Assembly: GCF_004010195.1 (NCBI RefSeq)
Contig: NC_057719.1
Coordinates: 3,007,735-3,044,122 of the forward strand
Source of the DNA: Chiloscyllium plagiosum
Taxonomy: Eukaryota
DNA: 36,388 nt
Direction of reading: 5' to 3'
Each line of letters opens with the position of its first letter. The stretch's first letter is position 1. Shown here one piece after another: positions 22,571-32,687 of this stretch. The notes below the pieces were generated by a model that did no database searches, was not told the origin of the DNA, and was given only the letters and a program-made list of their open reading frames with translations. The position numbers and the translations under genes were made by a program.

Positions 22571-23454
22571 TGAAATAAGCGGCCTGAGCTGTGAAGGTCG
22601 ATGCGACAAATGTAATAACTGAGCCAGCTGATATCTTTAACCCAAGTTAAACATGTCAATATCCCAGCTGAAATCTCAGGATAACAGGTGAATGGATTGT
22701 AGCTAATTTTGCCTGTCCTGCAAGCACAATAGCTGGAAGACCACACATCCCAACTAAGTTCAAACCAGCAATTATCAGGTTTCCATTGTAAAGAGGAGTC
22801 ATCCAGCTTTGAAATGTTAACTGTATCTCTCTCCACAACTGCTGCCAGATCAGACTTTGTCTGGTATTGTATGTTTCTTTCAGATACAAAATCTTGGAGC
22901 TTCCTTATTCTTTATAATTGTAGCTTTCGTTGTGAATGCTCTGACTAGATATTCAAACCCACTTTCCTTGCACAAAGTGCAAGCAATAATCTTTCACCAT
23001 ATTTAAATATCATAATACCACAATGGAAAATGCAAGCCACATTCTCTTTTCCACAGTAGACACTATTAATCCCACTTTATATTTTACTCATGCCAAAAAC
23101 TAGAACAAAATCTTTTAAAATTTCACTTATTAGGTAATGTAATGCACCATAGAGAAAGGTCCTGCCTCAAAATACAAAATACAAAATTGCAGAGAATGAC
23201 TTGCAGCCCGTCCCACCCCCAAGGTCAAATACAACTTACTTTTGCTACATTTTCCAAAATGACTTTCTTGATATTATAAAGATTAAGAATTGTCTAATGC
23301 ACAAAGATTTGGTGAAAGTGGACTCCACTCAGATTTCTCAGTCATTTTCTAAATTGGGGAGATCATGACAAAACATTCACATTTAAAAATGCCAACATTT
23401 ATGCCATCTTTTCATAGGAGATAAAATGGCTCATGCCTACCCGCGCAGGTTAAG

Positions 23455-23620
23455 AATTTTTAAAATCCAATAGCACTATGCTGAAGAAAAACAGAGGCAT
23501 GCTTCTAGTGTCCAAGAGAATTTTAATCCCTCAGCCACATCACTTAACCAGCAACTACCATCAATCATATTGTAGTTTGTGGGAGCTTGCTGTGAGAAAA
23601 TTGGCTGCCACAAGTTGGCA
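23455..23620 (+). mobile_element. Deu-domain SINE fragment
   Basis: catattgtagtttgtgggagcttgctgtgagaaaattggctgcc Deu core. Confidence 0.65.
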
Positions 23621-23639
23621 GTCAGACTTTTGAAAGGCA

Positions 23640-24000
23640 GCAGTTCACCTGTTGTCAGTGCTGTAAAGAAGGAACTTGCAGGATTTTTATCCAGTGGCAT
23701 TTAAGGAACAGTGAGTTAGTTCCAAGACAGGATTGTGTGCAGAATATGTAGGTTGGTGGTGTTCTCATGCATCTGCTGATGTTGTCCTTACAGATGGTAA
23801 AACGGCTATTGAAAGAGCCTTATCAAATTGCTTTAGTGCATTTTGTATATTGTACAGACTGCAAACGCAGTGCAATTTTGGTGGAGGAAGGGAAGAGTGG
23901 TGAATGAGGTGTTCATCAAATGAGCTACATTGTTCTGGACAGAGTCAGTGTCTTGAGCGTCATTGGAGTTAAGTCATGGATTGTCACTTGTATGGTGAAT
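23640..24000 (-). mobile_element. Decayed CR1/L2-group LINE 3' region
   Basis: Diverged reverse complement of 24430-24720. Confidence 0.6.
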
Positions 24001-24059
24001 CACTTTGATTTTTATTCTGGAAATTCCTCTCTTTTGAAATTGTATCCATGCTGTGAGAT

Positions 24060-24420
24060 TCTTCAGTATTATTCAAAATTGCAGATGTGAGGAAAGATTG
24101 GGTAGACAAGGGTCGTTTCTTTTGCAGCAGAGGAGATTGAGGGGGTGACTTTGTCAATAATAAGGGGCTTGGATAGACTTGTTTCCCAATGCACAGAGGA
24201 GAATTACCAAGTGCCCCAGATTTCAGATGATTGGTGGAAGAGTGAGAGTAGACACGAGGAAAAGCCTTTTCATCTACTGGGGGATGATGGGTGTCTGGAG
24301 TTCACTGCCCAGGCAGGTGACTAAGGTGGAAAGCCTCAATTCAGTAAACCAGGATCTTCACCGAAGCGCTATAACCAGCACAGCTACAGATTGAGTGCTG
24401 GAAATAGGATAGGTAGGTAG
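24060..24420 (+). mobile_element. Decayed CR1 3' fragment
   Basis: aggagattgagggggtgac...tggagttcactgccc...gtggaa pattern (RRLRGD...WSSLP). Confidence 0.6.
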
Positions 24421-24429
24421 TTTATTCAG

Positions 24430-24785
24430 ATCTACAAGATGCAATGCAGAAATTCACCAGCAATCCTCAGACAGCACGACCAAACCCACTCAGAGTTCCA
24501 AACCCATGAACACTTCAATTTAGAAGGATAAGGGCAGCAGACATATGGAAACACCACCCCCTGCAAGTTCCCCTCTGAGCCACTCACTATCCTGACTTGG
24601 AAATATATTGCCATTCCTTCAGCGTCGCTGGGTCAGAATCCTGGAATGTCCTCCTTAAGGGCGTTGTGGGTCTACCTACAACATGTGGACTGCAGCAGTT
24701 CAAGGCAGCTGGCTCCCACCTTCTCAAGGGGCAACTAGGGATTAGAGAGTGGTGTGATGCCCGCATACTGTGAATTAATAAAAAC
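24430..24785 (+). mobile_element. CR1/L2-group LINE 3' end
   Basis: Encodes PLTILTWKYIAIPSASLGQNPG with an alternative-frame WN.LP-like end; A-rich terminus; related copy at 23640; an older related fragment at about 25030-25320 (-). Confidence 0.65.
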
Positions 24786-25344
24786 TAATTCAATTTTTCT
24801 AAAACAAAATTACAGTTCCTTTTAACCTAAAAAAGTCCAGTTCAGTTCGTTCCTTTTAAAATAAATATGCTTGGCTAGGAAAAGGTATCCATGCTGAAAG
24901 GTATTGATCAGAACAAACTAAGGATTGATTGAATGAAGTGAACAAGTTCATCCCTCCTCACCTGGGAGTGTAATCATCTGGGGTAAGCCCATCTGGAATC
25001 CGAATAACTGAGCTCTGCCACCTGAGGTGAGGTCGCAGTGCCTGGTACTCATGTGGCCCAAATGTCATTTACCACTTATCTGGTCTGAATGTTGTGCAGG
25101 TCGTGTTGCATGCTGCGAAAAACTACCTCAGTAACTGAGGAATCAAGAATGTAATCAAAAACTGTGCAATTATCAGTGAGCACCTCAAAGTGAGATCTTA
25201 TGATAGAGGGAAGACTAATGCACTGGAAGAAGGTTTTGCCAAGGACAGTGCCCTGAGGACCTTAGAGATCTCATGGAGCTGAAATGATTATGCTTCAACC
25301 ATCTTCCTTTGTGCTAGGTTTCGTTTTTATTGTATTCAATCATA

Positions 25345-25632
25345 GGATGAGGACACCATTGGCTAGTCCAGCATTTATTGCCCATCCCTAATTCCCAGAG
25401 GGCAGATAAAAATCAACTACATGTAGTCCCATGTAGGCCAGGCTAGGTAAGGATGGCAATTCCCTTTGCTAAAGGACATTAGTGAACCAAATGGGCTTTC
25501 CTGACAATCAACAATGGAAGCATGGACATCATTAAACTCTTAATGAATTCAAATGGCACCATCTACCGTGGTAGGATTCGAACTCGGAATTTGTGGATTA
25601 ATAGGAACTGGGATAAAATGACTAGGCCATCA
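25345..25632 (-). mobile_element. Second tRNA-derived SINE family
   Basis: Homologous to 31475-31735; minus-strand B box GTTCGAATCC at about 25574-25583. Confidence 0.7.
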
Positions 25633-25999
25633 GCTGCACCTCAGGACAGAGAGAAGTTACCAGATGAGGAAACTGTGGGCTGGCTGATCATTGGAAATCC
25701 ACATTCTTTACCAGCATGTGGCTGAGGTCTTGCAAATTAAACAAACCAACCTAAAAATTCTGACTGCCTGCATAATTATGTGATTTCATTCTTATACTGA
25801 ATCCTATTTGTATTTGTTTGTAATATTCTTTGTTTAAAATCAGCTGATGGGGTGACCTGATGGGAAATTGTGATTTGGACATTGGAATATGAATGATTTG
25901 GAAAGTATCCATGAATAATGTCAAGAGATCCTGATATGCTGGCCTGACTTGGGGTGGAAGGTGGTGTAAGGGCTTTTTTTCAAAATAGGCCATTCAAAT

Positions 26000-26181
26000 G
26001 GGGTGGCACTGTGGCTCAATGGTTAGCACTGCTGCCTCACAGCGCCAGGGACCTGGGTTCAATTCCAGCCTGGGGCAACTGTCTGTGTGGAGTTTGCACA
26101 TTCTCCCCATGTCTGTGTCAGTCTCCTCCCACAATCCAAAGATGTGCAGGTTAGGTGAATTTCCCATAGTGTTCAGGGATG
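26000..26181 (+). mobile_element. HE1-type SINE 5' half; 3' half at 29034-29155
   Basis: A box TGGCTCAATGG, B box GGTTCAATTCC; the body resumes immediately after the CR1 tail at 29033. Confidence 0.88.
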
Positions 26182-27651
26182 GTGGAAAGGACGATGGATG
26201 AGGACTTGCCATCTGAGGTAGTTTGGGCTGAGGTTCGGAATAGGAAAGGTGAGGTCACCCTGTTAGGAGTCTTTTACAGGCCTCCCAATAGTCCTAGAAA
26301 CGTAGAAGAAAGGATAGGGAAGGTGATTCAGGAGATGAGTGACAGTAATAGGGTGGTGGTTATGGGGGACTTTAACTTTCCTGATATTGATTGGGAAAGC
26401 TATAGCTCAAGTTCGTTAGATGGGTCAGTGTTTGTTCAATGTGTGCAAGAGAGTTTCCTGACACAATATGTAGACAGGCCAACAAGAGGTGACGCCATAC
26501 TGGATTTGGTTCTGGGTAACGAACCAGGCCAGGTGTTAGAATTAGAGGTAAGTGAGCACTTTGGGGATAGTGACCATAATTCGGTGATTTTTACACTCAT
26601 GATGGAGAGGGATAAGTGTGTACTACAGGGCAAGAGTTATAGCTGGGGTCAGGGAAATTATGATGCGGTGAGGCATGACTTAGGATATGTGGCTTGGAAA
26701 AGTAGACTCCAAGGCAAGAGTGTAAATGATATGTGGAGCTTGTTCAAGGAGCAACTATTGAGTGTCCTTCATAATTATGTACCTGTCAGGCAGGGAGGAA
26801 AGGGTCATGCGAGGGAGCCGTGGTTTAATAAGGAATTGGAATCCCTTGTTAAATGGAAGAGGGCGGCCTATCCCAAGATGAGACGTGAAGGTTCAATGGG
26901 GGCGATTGAGAGTTATAGGGTAGCCAGGAAGGACCTGAAGAGAGAGCTAAAAGCAGAAAGGAGGGGACATGAAAGGTCCTTAGTCGGTAGGATTAGGGAA
27001 AACCCAAAGGCTTTCTATAGGTATGTTAGGAATAAAAGAATGACTAGGGTAGGAATAGGTCCAGTCAAGGATAGTAGTGGGAAGTTGCGTGTGGAGGCGG
27101 AAGAGATTGGGGAGACACTGAATGAATACTTTTCTTCAGTATTTACTCAGGAACACGGCATTGTCGTCGATGTGAATACTGAGTCACAAATAAGTAGAAT
27201 GGATGGCTTTAAGGTATGTAGAGAAGAGATGTTGGAAATCCTGGAAAAGGTGAAAATAGATAAGTCCCCTGGGCCTGATGGCATTTATCCTAGGATTCTC
27301 TGGGAAGCAAGGGAGGAGATTGCAGAGCCACTGGCCTTGATTTTTATGTCCTCTTTGTCTACAGGAGTAGTCCCAGAAGACTGGAGGATAGCAAATGTGG
27401 TACCCTTGTTCAAAAAGGGGAGTAGGGATAACCCTAGTAACTATAGGCCGGTGAGTCTCACTTCTGTTGTGGGCAAAGTCTTAGAGAGAATTGTAAGGGA
27501 TAGGATTTATGCACATCTGGATAGGAATAATGTGATCAAGGATAGTCAGCATGGTTTTGTGAAGGGCAAGTCGTGCCTCACAAACCTTATTGAATTCTTT
27601 GAAAAGGTGACGAAGGAGGTTGATGAGGGGAAAGCGGTAGATGTGGTATAA
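26179..27651 (+). pseudogene. CR1 ORF2 fragment, 490 aa open (C-terminal APE domain, linker, N-terminal RT)
   Basis: GVFYRPP, VVMGDFNFPDIDW, LDLVL, GDSDH, SPGPDGIYP, NYRPVSLTS, QHGFVKGKSCLTNL; 5'-truncated; TAA replaces the Y of VYMD 6 nt before the gap. Confidence 0.95.
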
Positions 27652-27657
27652 ATGGAT

Positions 27658-28419
27658 NNNNNNNNNNNNNNNNNNNNNNNNNNNNNNNNNNNNNNNNNNN
27701 NNNNNNNNNNNNNNNNNNNNNNNNNNNNNNNNNNNNNNNNNNNNNNNNNNNNNNNNNNNNNNNNNNNNNNNNNNNNNNNNNNNNNNNNNNNNNNNNNNNN
27801 NNNNNNNNNNNNNNNNNNNNNNNNNNNNNNNNNNNNNNNNNNNNNNNNNNNNNNNNNNNNNNNNNNNNNNNNNNNNNNNNNNNNNNNNNNNNNNNNNNNN
27901 NNNNNNNNNNNNNNNNNNNNNNNNNNNNNNNNNNNNNNNNNNNNNNNNNNNNNNNNNNNNNNNNNNNNNNNNNNNNNNNNNNNNNNNNNNNNNNNNNNNN
28001 NNNNNNNNNNNNNNNNNNNNNNNNNNNNNNNNNNNNNNNNNNNNNNNNNNNNNNNNNNNNNNNNNNNNNNNNNNNNNNNNNNNNNNNNNNNNNNNNNNNN
28101 NNNNNNNNNNNNNNNNNNNNNNNNNNNNNNNNNNNNNNNNNNNNNNNNNNNNNNNNNNNNNNNNNNNNNNNNNNNNNNNNNNNNNNNNNNNNNNNNNNNN
28201 NNNNNNNNNNNNNNNNNNNNNNNNNNNNNNNNNNNNNNNNNNNNNNNNNNNNNNNNNNNNNNNNNNNNNNNNNNNNNNNNNNNNNNNNNNNNNNNNNNNN
28301 NNNNNNNNNNNNNNNNNNNNNNNNNNNNNNNNNNNNNNNNNNNNNNNNNNNNNNNNNNNNNNNNNNNNNNNNNNNNNNNNNNNNNNNNNNNNNNNNNNNN
28401 NNNNNNNNNNNNNNNNNNN
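27658..28419. other. Assembly gap (762 N)
   Basis: Run of N. Confidence 1.
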
Positions 28420-28780
28420 TTTTTTTTTAAAAAAAACTTGAGTAGACAAATTCTTTTAAGGCAAGCTCTGATTATTTTACGACTTATAGTATTGTAATTG
28501 AGCAATGATTGGTCAGGACTATTTAAGAAAACTAATTTTGGATCTAAATTAAAGGACTAAAACTGGGTAATTACAGTGAATTGCAAAATTGGGAACTATG
28601 CATTTTGCATTTTAACTATTAAATACTGAAGAAATGAACGTAAATATATAAATATATTTATAAGTTAGGAACAGGCTTTAAAGGTTAGTCAAGCATGAAT
28701 TGATGAATTGGTGTTTGAAGTTATCAAGTTTTAAAAAACTTGAGTAGACAAATTCTTTTAAGGCAGCTCTGATTATTTTA
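28420..28780. repeat. AT-rich non-CR1 segment with a direct repeat of about 52 bp at its ends (period about 302 bp)
   Basis: ttttaaaaaacttgagtagacaaattcttttaaggca(a)gctctgattatttta at about 28425-28479 and 28729-28780. Confidence 0.8.
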
Positions 28781-29033
28781 TAGCTTTAAATTAAGGGGGG
28801 GTAGATATAGGACTGAAGTTAGGGGTAGGTTCTTCACTCAGCGAGTCGTAAGTTCATGGAATGCCCTGCCAGCAGCAGTGGTGGACTCTCCCTCTTTATG
28901 GGCATTTAAGCGGGCATTGGATAGGTATATGGAGAATAGTGGGTTAGTATAGGTTAGGTGGGCTTGGATCGGCGCAACATCGAGGGCCAAAGGGCCTGTA
29001 CTGCGCTGTATTCTTCTATGTTCTATGTTCTAT
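28781..29033 (+). mobile_element. CR1 3' end (probably of the element starting at 26182)
   Basis: SFKLRGGRYRTEVRGRFFTQRVVSSWNALP; (ttctatg)3 tail. Confidence 0.9.
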
Positions 29034-29155
29034 GATGTGTAGGCTAGGTGCATTAGTAAATATAGGGAAAGGGTCTGTGTGGGTTACTCTTTGGAGGATT
29101 GTTGTGGACTTGTTGGGCCGGACAGCCTGTTCTCACACTGTAGGGATTTTAATTC
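29034..29155 (+). mobile_element. HE1-type SINE 3' half
   Basis: gggtctgtgtgggttactctttggagg...gcctgttctcacactgtagggatt, reverse complement of 22095-22200. Confidence 0.85.
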
Positions 29156-29240
29156 AAATAATAGTCAGGAAATGATTGGGTTAAATCAATTTTTGATGAT
29201 GTTTCTGCAGAAAGAAAGTATAAGATGCGTTCTCTGACCT

Positions 29241-29780
29241 CAGGACTGTGAGAAACTACAGAAGGTGGTGTGCACAGCTCAGACCCAGACCACCACGGAA
29301 GCCAACTTTCTATCCATGGACTCCATATACACGGCTCACTGCCACGGAAAAGCTGCTGACATCATCAAAGACACATCATGCCCCAGTAATGATCTCCTAC
29401 AACCTGTCAGACAGAAGATACAGAAGGCAAAAGTGAGGACTGCAGATGCTGGAAACCCTGAGTTTAGATCAGAGTGGTGCTGGCAAAGCACAGCAGGTCA
29501 GGCAGCATCTGAGGAGCAGGAAAATCGACGTTTCGGGCAAAAGCCCTTCATCAGAAGATACAGAAGCCTGAGCACACACACCAACAGGTTCAAGGACAGC
29601 TTCTTCCCTGCTGTTATTAGATTGATGAATAGACTCTCTCGCTTCAATGAGCAATGTATGCCTCTGTCTAAGTCTTTCTAATCTGTACATCCTTGCTTAC
29701 CATGACCTTCTTACCTTGCTCATAAACAAAGCTTTTCACTGTACTTCAGTACACTTGACAATAAATCAATCAGTCAATCA
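29241..29780 (+). mobile_element. Rex1/Babar-like LINE 3' end containing PLE mini-insertion E
   Basis: QDCEKLQKVVCTAQT...AADIIKD...RRYRSLSTHTNRFKDSFFPAVIRLMN; (aatc)n tail. Confidence 0.85.
29427..29551 (-). mobile_element. PLE family-1 mini-insertion E with intact hammerhead core at 29527-29554
   Basis: 15-bp TSD cagaagatacagaag (29412-29426 / 29552-29566); CUGAUGA-A-GGGC-UUUU-GCCC-GAAAC-GUC; element ends exactly at the start of the core. Confidence 0.92.
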
Positions 29781-29789
29781 AAAAAGAAA

Positions 29790-30215
29790 TTGATTGGGCC
29801 TATATTTGTTGGAATTTCGAAGAATAAGAGGCAACCTTACTGAAGCATAGAAGTCTCTTAGGGAACTTGGCGGGGGAGATATGGAGAGGTTGTTTCCACG
29901 TGTGGGAGAGTCGACACCAAAGGACATCATCTCAGAATAAGGAGGTCACACATTTAAAAGAGAAATTTGAGGAGGAATTTCTTCTCTTAGAGGGGAGTGA
30001 ATCTGTGGAATTCTTTACCACAGAGGGCTGTCGAGGCTGGGTCATTAAATATATTCAAGGCTGAGAGAGACAGATTTTTAATCAGTAAGGGAATGGGGAA
30101 AAGGCAAGAAAATGAATTTGAGGGATTGTCAGATCACCCATGGTTTCATTGAATGGTAGAGCAGACTCGATGGGCTGAATGGCCTACTACTGCTATTAAG
30201 TCTTTATGACTTATG
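29790..30215 (+). mobile_element. CR1 3' fragment
   Basis: LEFRRIRGNLTE...LWNSLPQRAVEA; 3' UTR similar to the 7346 copy. Confidence 0.85.
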
Positions 30216-30284
30216 AGGTCACATTGACTTGCATGACGAGTGAGTAAAGAGATTCTGTGGTAAATGCACTTCTACCCAGAATGG

Positions 30285-31475
30285 GTAGTGGTAGATCATG
30301 CCTCACAAATTTATTAGAGTTTTTTGATGAAGTGACCAGGAAGGTTGACGAGGGCAGTGTAGTAAATGTAGTTTATTTGGATTCCAGTAAGGCCTTTGAT
30401 AAGGTTCTACATGGTAGGCTACTCTGGAAGGTTAGATTGTATGGAATTAAGGGGAAGCTGGCAAATTAGATACACAATTGGTTTGATGGTAGGAAGCAGA
30501 GGGTAATAGAGGAAGAATGCTTATCGGACTGGAGGTCTGAGACTAGTGGAGTGCCTCAGGCATCTGTGCTGGGCCCATTGCTGTTTGTTATCTATATCAA
30601 TGATTTGGATGAGAATATACAGGCATGGTTAGTAAGTTGGCTGATGACATTAAAATAGAAGGTATCATGGACAGTGAGGAAGGTTCTCAGAAATTGGAGC
30701 ATTCTTGATCAGCTGGGGAAGTGGGCCGAGAAATGGCAAATGGAGTTTAATATAGATAAGTGTGAGGTCTTGCATTTTGGAAAGTCAGTTCAAGGTAGGA
30801 GTCTCATGGTGACTGGTAGGGCCTAAAGGAGTGTAGTGGAACAGAGGGACCTTGGAGATCAGGTTCTCTGAAAGTGAAGTCACAGGTAGACAAGGCAGTG
30901 AAGAAGGCTTTTGGCACACTGGCCTTTATCAGTCAGGGCATTGAATATGGAAGTTGGGAAGTTGAAGTCAAAAATGGTGGTGCTGGAAAAGCACAGCTGA
31001 TCTCGGGCAGCATCCGAGGAGCAGGAGGGTCGATGTTTCGAGCATAAGCCCTTCATCAGGAATACTGGGGGGGGGGGGGGGAAAGGTCATGGGAGGTTGG
31101 GCCCATGGGGGCAATAAATGGGAGGGAGGTGTGGGAGGGTGGCTAGAATTTGGTGATGGAGCAGGCCTAGGACTTGTATGTCCGTGGCGAAGTGGGAGGG
31201 GGAGTTGAAGTGTTCAGCCACAGGTTGATGGGATTGTTTAGTGTGTGTGTCCTAGAGATGTTCTTTGAAACATTCCCGCAATTTGGCATCCTGTCTTCCC
31301 AATGTAGAGGAGACCACATTGAGAGCACTTCCTTCTATGGAAGTTGGGAAGTTATGTTGCAGTTATACAGGATATTGGTAAGTCCGCACTTGGAGTATTG
31401 TGTTCAGTTTTGATCACCTTGTTATAAGAAGGATGTTATTAAACTGGAAGGAGTGGAGAAGAAATGTAAAAGGAT
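30285..31475 (+). mobile_element. CR1 RT fragment (30285-30963 + 31336-31475) split by PLE insertion F
   Basis: [41 protein letters not shown]. Confidence 0.9.
30964..31335 (-). mobile_element. PLE family-1 insertion F: pseudo-LTR with hammerhead (31028-31063) plus GIY-YIG remnant
   Basis: 18-bp TSD tatggaagttgggaagtt (30946-30963 / 31336-31353); minus strand about 31330-31250 reads CSQCGLLYIGKTG...FKEHL. Confidence 0.88.
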
Positions 31476-31735
31476 CTGTGGGTCTGGAATCACATGCAGG
31501 CCAGACCTTGTAAGGATGACAGGTTTCCCTCCTTGAAGAACATTAGTTAACCAGATGGGTTTTCCAACAATCAACAATGGATTCATTGTCATTATTAGAC
31601 TCCTGATTCCAGATTTTGACTGAATTCAAATTCCACCATCTGCCATATTGGGATTTGAACCCAGGTCCCCAGAACATTAGCCAAGTATCTGGTTTAATAG
31701 TCTAACAATAAAACAATGAGGCCATCACCTTCCCC
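31475..31735 (-). mobile_element. Second tRNA-derived SINE family
   Basis: Minus-strand B box GGTTCAAATCC; homologous to 25345-25632. Confidence 0.75.
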
Positions 31736-32014
31736 CAGAATATTGATTGCATTATTGTCCAAAAAACCTATTGATATCATTGTTGAATATACTCAATGTC
31801 GGAGCATCTACAGACCTCTGTGGTAGAGAATTTTAAAGATTGACATTCTTCATGGTTCCAATGGAACTTTTAAATTCACCTGGATAGAAATATGGCATTG
31901 GAAAACATAATGGAAGTATGGAACAGTCTCCCACAAAATGAAGTATTTGCTGGCTCATGTTAAATCTAGGTTATGACTTTATTTATTAGGAGAATGGGTT
32001 CCTCGTGTACACCA

Positions 32015-32146
32015 GGTTAAAAACAATGACTGCAGATGCTGGTAACCAGATTCTGGATGAGAGGCGCTAGAAAAGCTCAGCAGTTCAGGCAACATCCGAG
32101 GAGTAGTAAAATCGACATTTCGGGCAAAAGCCCTGATTCTGGCTAA
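32015..32146 (-). mobile_element. PLE family-1 mini-insertion G, truncated within the hammerhead
   Basis: 10-bp TSD gtgtacacca (32005-32014 / 32147-32156); homology ends at ...cgggcaaaagccct (32134). Confidence 0.85.
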
Positions 32147-32239
32147 GTGTACACCAACGATGCCAACATCTCACTCTTAAATGTAAATAAAAGCCCTCCT
32201 CAACAAACAACATTCAAAACCCAGCTTAATCAAGAGGTG

Positions 32240-32460
32240 CTGAAAATATGTTGCTGGAAAAGCGCAGCAGGTCAGGCAGCATCCAAGGAACAGGAGAATC
32301 AACGTTTCGGGCATAAGCCCTTCTTCAGGTCCTAACTTTCTCCTCGAAGATTTTAACCTACTGCAAATCCTCTTACAAGGATGCCTTCCTTGAAGAAGCT
32401 CTCTTCCTCCCAAAAAGGATCAGCTCTGATCTCCAGCATCTGCAGTCCTCACTTTCTCCT
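32240..32460. mobile_element. PLE family-1 mini-insertion H (3' tail on +, inverted hammerhead segment on -, extra internal 90 bp)
   Basis: TSD cttaa(t)caagaggtg (32225-32239 / 32459-32472); minus strand 32301-32328 reads CUGAAGA-A-GGGC-UUAU-GCCC-GAAAC-GUU. Confidence 0.88.
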
Positions 32461-32469
32461 TAACAAGAG

Positions 32470-32687
32470 GTGGTCATGGTAATATTGCTGGGCTAGTAAT
32501 CCAGAACCATCGGTCATTATTCTGGCAGCATGGGTTCGAATCCTACTGTGGTAGAATTTAAATTCAATACAAATCCAAATTCAGTAAAAAGCTAGTTTAA
32601 CAGCAACCATGTGACCACTTGATTGTTGTGAAAACTCAGGTCTCAGTGTCCTTTAGGGAAGGGCATCTGCTGCCTTCACCTGGCCTC
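32470..32687 (+). mobile_element. tRNA-derived SINE related to the second family
   Basis: B box GGTTCGAATCC at about 32533; body resembles the reverse complement of 31475-31735. Confidence 0.65.

Noticed and set aside
27481..28505. Long ORFs of 266-322 aa
   Set aside because: Artefacts of reading through the N gap
26141..29055. Apparent ~20-bp TSD gatgtg.agg.taggtg.att around the CR1
   Set aside because: The left copy lies about 20 nt from the junction; better explained as an internal repeat of this SINE variant
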